A stretch of DNA of 64,000 nucleotides. Origin: Gammaproteobacteria bacterium (lineage in GTDB: Bacteria; Pseudomonadota; Gammaproteobacteria; SZUA-229). Position 1 is the stretch's first letter; every line of letters starts with the position of its first letter. A model generated the notes under the pieces. The model made no database searches. It worked only from the letters and a program-made list of their open reading frames with translations, and was not told the origin of the DNA. Where the stretch lies: assembly GCA_026195895.1 (NCBI GenBank), contig JAPHRO010000042.1, forward strand, positions 19,086-83,085, read 5' to 3'. This document shows positions 61,460-64,000 of this stretch, in pieces. A program made the translations under genes and the position numbers.

Positions 61460-63049
61460 TTAGTTGGCTACATATTCGGGAATTACAGGGGCGATTTCCC
61501 TGCAAAAACTTTCCAGGCGTTTATCCGCAATAGAAATATCCTGCCCCGGTCTTAGCATCGTAGTTAAGCGCATCAATGCACCATCTGTTCGGCTTTTGGT
61601 CATTGCATCCCAGAATAAATACCACTTCATCATGTACTCATTGGTAACAATACGTCCACGCTGCTGGAACCAGTAGTAAACTAACTGTTTTATCTCACCT
61701 TTTTCTATCACCAGGCGATTAACCGTCATCGGAATATTGCCAATATTCAGACCCTGAATAGTATGATTTTCAAGACTGGTTATACGCCAGCCACCACCGG
61801 GAATACAGGAACGGGGGGAATGCGCAGATGCGCCTTTTTTCTGTGAAGCATAATAAGCCGAATAAAAATTAACACTTCCGCCATCCTCACCAACATAGTC
61901 AATCATTGCGTAATCAGAAAACTTCAGAGCATCAATATAAATTTGCTCCAGATAGCCAGTTTTACCAACCCAACCATCAAACTCTAGCGGGAATTCTACA
62001 TATTGTTTCCTGTCAGGGGTTATTTCTTCGCGATCTGGTAACGCAAACACACTGGCCGCCACTAGAACTATTATTGCTAAAGACGCATAGAACGGTTTCG
62101 GAATTTTACGGTAAATAATTTCAGAATCACTGGGTGTCGGCTCAGGAAAATCCAGTCCGAATGCTTCCCGCAACGGGAGTTTGTCCTTACCCAAACTCGC
62201 CAGAATCCACATTTCCAGAATCAATATAGCAATACAGCTCATAAACACGGCCCAGCCTTCAAAATCATGCAGAAAGCCTTCTGCCATTTCTGGCCCCCAA
62301 TATTCTACTGTTACACCAATAGCGCCAATTCTGAAGCTATTCATTAAAATAGTAATGGGGATGGAGGACAAAAAGATAATGGTTTTTTTCCAGAGTGCGC
62401 CGGTAAAGAAATACGCAGATATAAACGCAAGTGTCATTAGCGGAAACAAATAATTCAGGCCACTACATGCCTCAACAACCTGAAGCTTATATACGCCTAA
62501 ATCTATGACATTACCTTCGAGAAAAACACTAATATCAAACAGGCGGATAACAGCTACGCCAATTTGAGATGAGATAAGCTGGAGCTGTGACGATAAATTA
62601 TAGAAGAGGAAATTGGGTAATGGAATCATAAATAAAAGTATGACAAGTGGCACAAAAATAATCTTAAATGCCTTGTAACCCATCATTGAAAGGATCACAC
62701 CAAACAATGCTACTAAAAATGCATACTGTATTATTGTATAAATAGAGCTTAGTTCACCGGCGTAAAATAGGAACACCCCCAAAGCAACAACCAATACACC
62801 AATCCACGACCCATGAAATTCGGTGCTTTCAAGTTGATTTTTTTTCTGCCAGATTAAAAATGCAGTGATAACAGGTATTAGATAACCATGCCCATATTCT
62901 TCCCGTTCATTCCACCATTTCACCATCAGAGATAAACCGTCAAGGTAGACGTAGCAGGCCAGTAAAAAAACACCACCTACTAACATCCAGAATATTGCTG
63001 ACTCTCTCCAAATCCTTAACAATTCATTACCTTGTTGTTTAACTACCAT
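61460..63049 (-). CDS. xrtD: exosortase D (VPLPA-CTERM-specific) fused to EpsI domain
   Basis: EYGHGYLIP, VVEACSGL (Cys), NSFRI (Arg), FLHDFEGW (His); EpsI HSPRSCIPGGGW, YYWFQQRGR, RTDGAL. Confidence 0.9.
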   Translation of the reverse strand: MVVKQQGNELLRIWRESAIFWMLVGGVFLLACYVYLDGLSLMVKWWNEREEYGHGYLIPVITAFLIWQKKNQLESTEFHGSWIGVLVVALGVFLFYAGELSSIYTIIQYAFLVALFGVILSMMGYKAFKIIFVPLVILLFMIPLPNFLFYNLSSQLQLISSQIGVAVIRLFDISVFLEGNVIDLGVYKLQVVEACSGLNYLFPLMTLAFISAYFFTGALWKKTIIFLSSIPITILMNSFRIGAIGVTVEYWGPEMAEGFLHDFEGWAVFMSCIAILILEMWILASLGKDKLPLREAFGLDFPEPTPSDSEIIYRKIPKPFYASLAIIVLVAASVFALPDREEITPDRKQYVEFPLEFDGWVGKTGYLEQIYIDALKFSDYAMIDYVGEDGGSVNFYSAYYASQKKGASAHSPRSCIPGGGWRITSLENHTIQGLNIGNIPMTVNRLVIEKGEIKQLVYYWFQQRGRIVTNEYMMKWYLFWDAMTKSRTDGALMRLTTMLRPGQDISIADKRLESFCREIAPVIPEYVAN

Positions 63050-63253
63050 AATAACTAATTAACCCCAAATGTACTGATTGAACCATAAAAAAAATGCAAT
63101 AGTATCAAATTCTTGCGATAATGAATGCATGTAGAGAAAAAAATAATTGAGAATCAATAGATTATCACACTATATTAACATATAAGACCTTTATAATAAT
63201 CTAATAGAACCTGCATATAACTTTAATCCATTTCTAGTAGTTGACATTTCACT

Positions 63254-64000
63254 GTGCACACGATTGACCTTTTCAGGAAATTATTTGTATTACTTCTAAC
63301 GAGAGGTTCCGGCCTTATCCTAACATTTGCAATTAGTCTCTTTCTGGCTCGCATATTTGGTGCAGATATCACTGGTAAATATTACCTGTTTATCTCAATC
63401 CTAACGGGTATGTCCATTATTACCAAGCTCGGCTTTAACAGCACATTAATTAAGTATTGCGCGCACCATTCCATAGTTCAGGAAAAAGAAAACATACGCG
63501 GATACTGGTATACCGCCAACAAAATATCATTCTTCCTCTCTGCCCTTATAATAACTCTGATCATATGTTTAAACGAGCTCGGTGTATTTAGCAGTTTTGT
63601 GAAAGACACCTACCAATTATTTGTCTACGCATGTATTGGCCTGATACCTTTTACAATACTAGGTCATAACATCGCTGTTCTTATTGGACTTAATCGTCAG
63701 GCCACTGCCAGTGTCACCGATACAATTGCACTACCTTCACTTTTCCTGTGCCTGATCGGAATTGTTTACTTCCATGATCCTATTCAGGAGGAAATTCTCG
63801 CACTATACACAGCTGCTTTAATAATAGTATTCATGATCAGCACACTTATATTATTCAAACAGCTGCACTCAAATAAAAAAACCGAACATGCTAACACAAA
63901 GATTATGTTAACCAGGTCCATGCCTGTTCTTGGAATCAACTTAACCAACTTTCTCACAGACTGGAGTGCAACCTACATACTGGCAATATTTGGCACGCTG
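63254..64000 (+). CDS. Wzx-type oligosaccharide flippase, 5' part (runs off window end)
   Basis: Not in the ORF track. Manual translation from GTG 63254: ...LTRGSGLILTFAISLFLARIFGADITGKYYLFISILTGMSIITKLGFNSTLIKY, the typical Wzx LAR.LG...G.Y N-terminus. Confidence 0.75.
   Translation, partial: MHTIDLFRKLFVLLLTRGSGLILTFAISLFLARIFGADITGKYYLFISILTGMSIITKLGFNSTLIKYCAHHSIVQEKENIRGYWYTANKISFFLSALIITLIICLNELGVFSSFVKDTYQLFVYACIGLIPFTILGHNIAVLIGLNRQATASVTDTIALPSLFLCLIGIVYFHDPIQEEILALYTAALIIVFMISTLILFKQLHSNKKTEHANTKIMLTRSMPVLGINLTNFLTDWSATYILAIFGTL

Noticed and set aside
33740-64000. Prophage or integrative element
   Set aside because: No integrase, transposase, phage genes, tRNA target or flanking direct repeats seen.

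Overview
Gammaproteobacterial chromosomal window, probably from a marine or sediment chemolithotroph (inferred from gene content only). The left half (1-33.5 kb) is mostly core genome. It holds c-di-GMP enzymes, a sigma54/NtrC-controlled nitrate assimilation locus (narK and a PP2C-kinase divergent from nirB-nirD-nasA and a 4x[4Fe-4S]/DmsC membrane fusion), and relA, fur, bamE, rnfH/ratA, smpB, dnaQ, rnhA, mltD, fumC, purB and roxA. At about 33.6 kb there is an unannotated CsrA/RsmA-sequestering sRNA candidate with a GacA/UvrY-type box. The visibly AT-richer right half (33.7-64 kb) is a cell-surface/EPS locus. It contains exosortase D with three VPLPA-CTERM proteins, prsK/prsR, two TPR lipoproteins, a JDVT-CTERM-like protein with its CPBP protease, WecA-like and Wzx genes, and an APS kinase with a degenerate sulfurylase domain. 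The most unusual elements are: (i) a stand-alone LanM-type dehydratase with no cyclase and no visible precursor, paired with a cryptic SAM-methyltransferase-fold protein; (ii) a sigma54 operon joining a dockerin-bearing subtilase to a cohesin-like lipoprotein; (iii) one surface domain displayed via two different sorting systems. All calls come from motif recognition by eye; no database searches were run.
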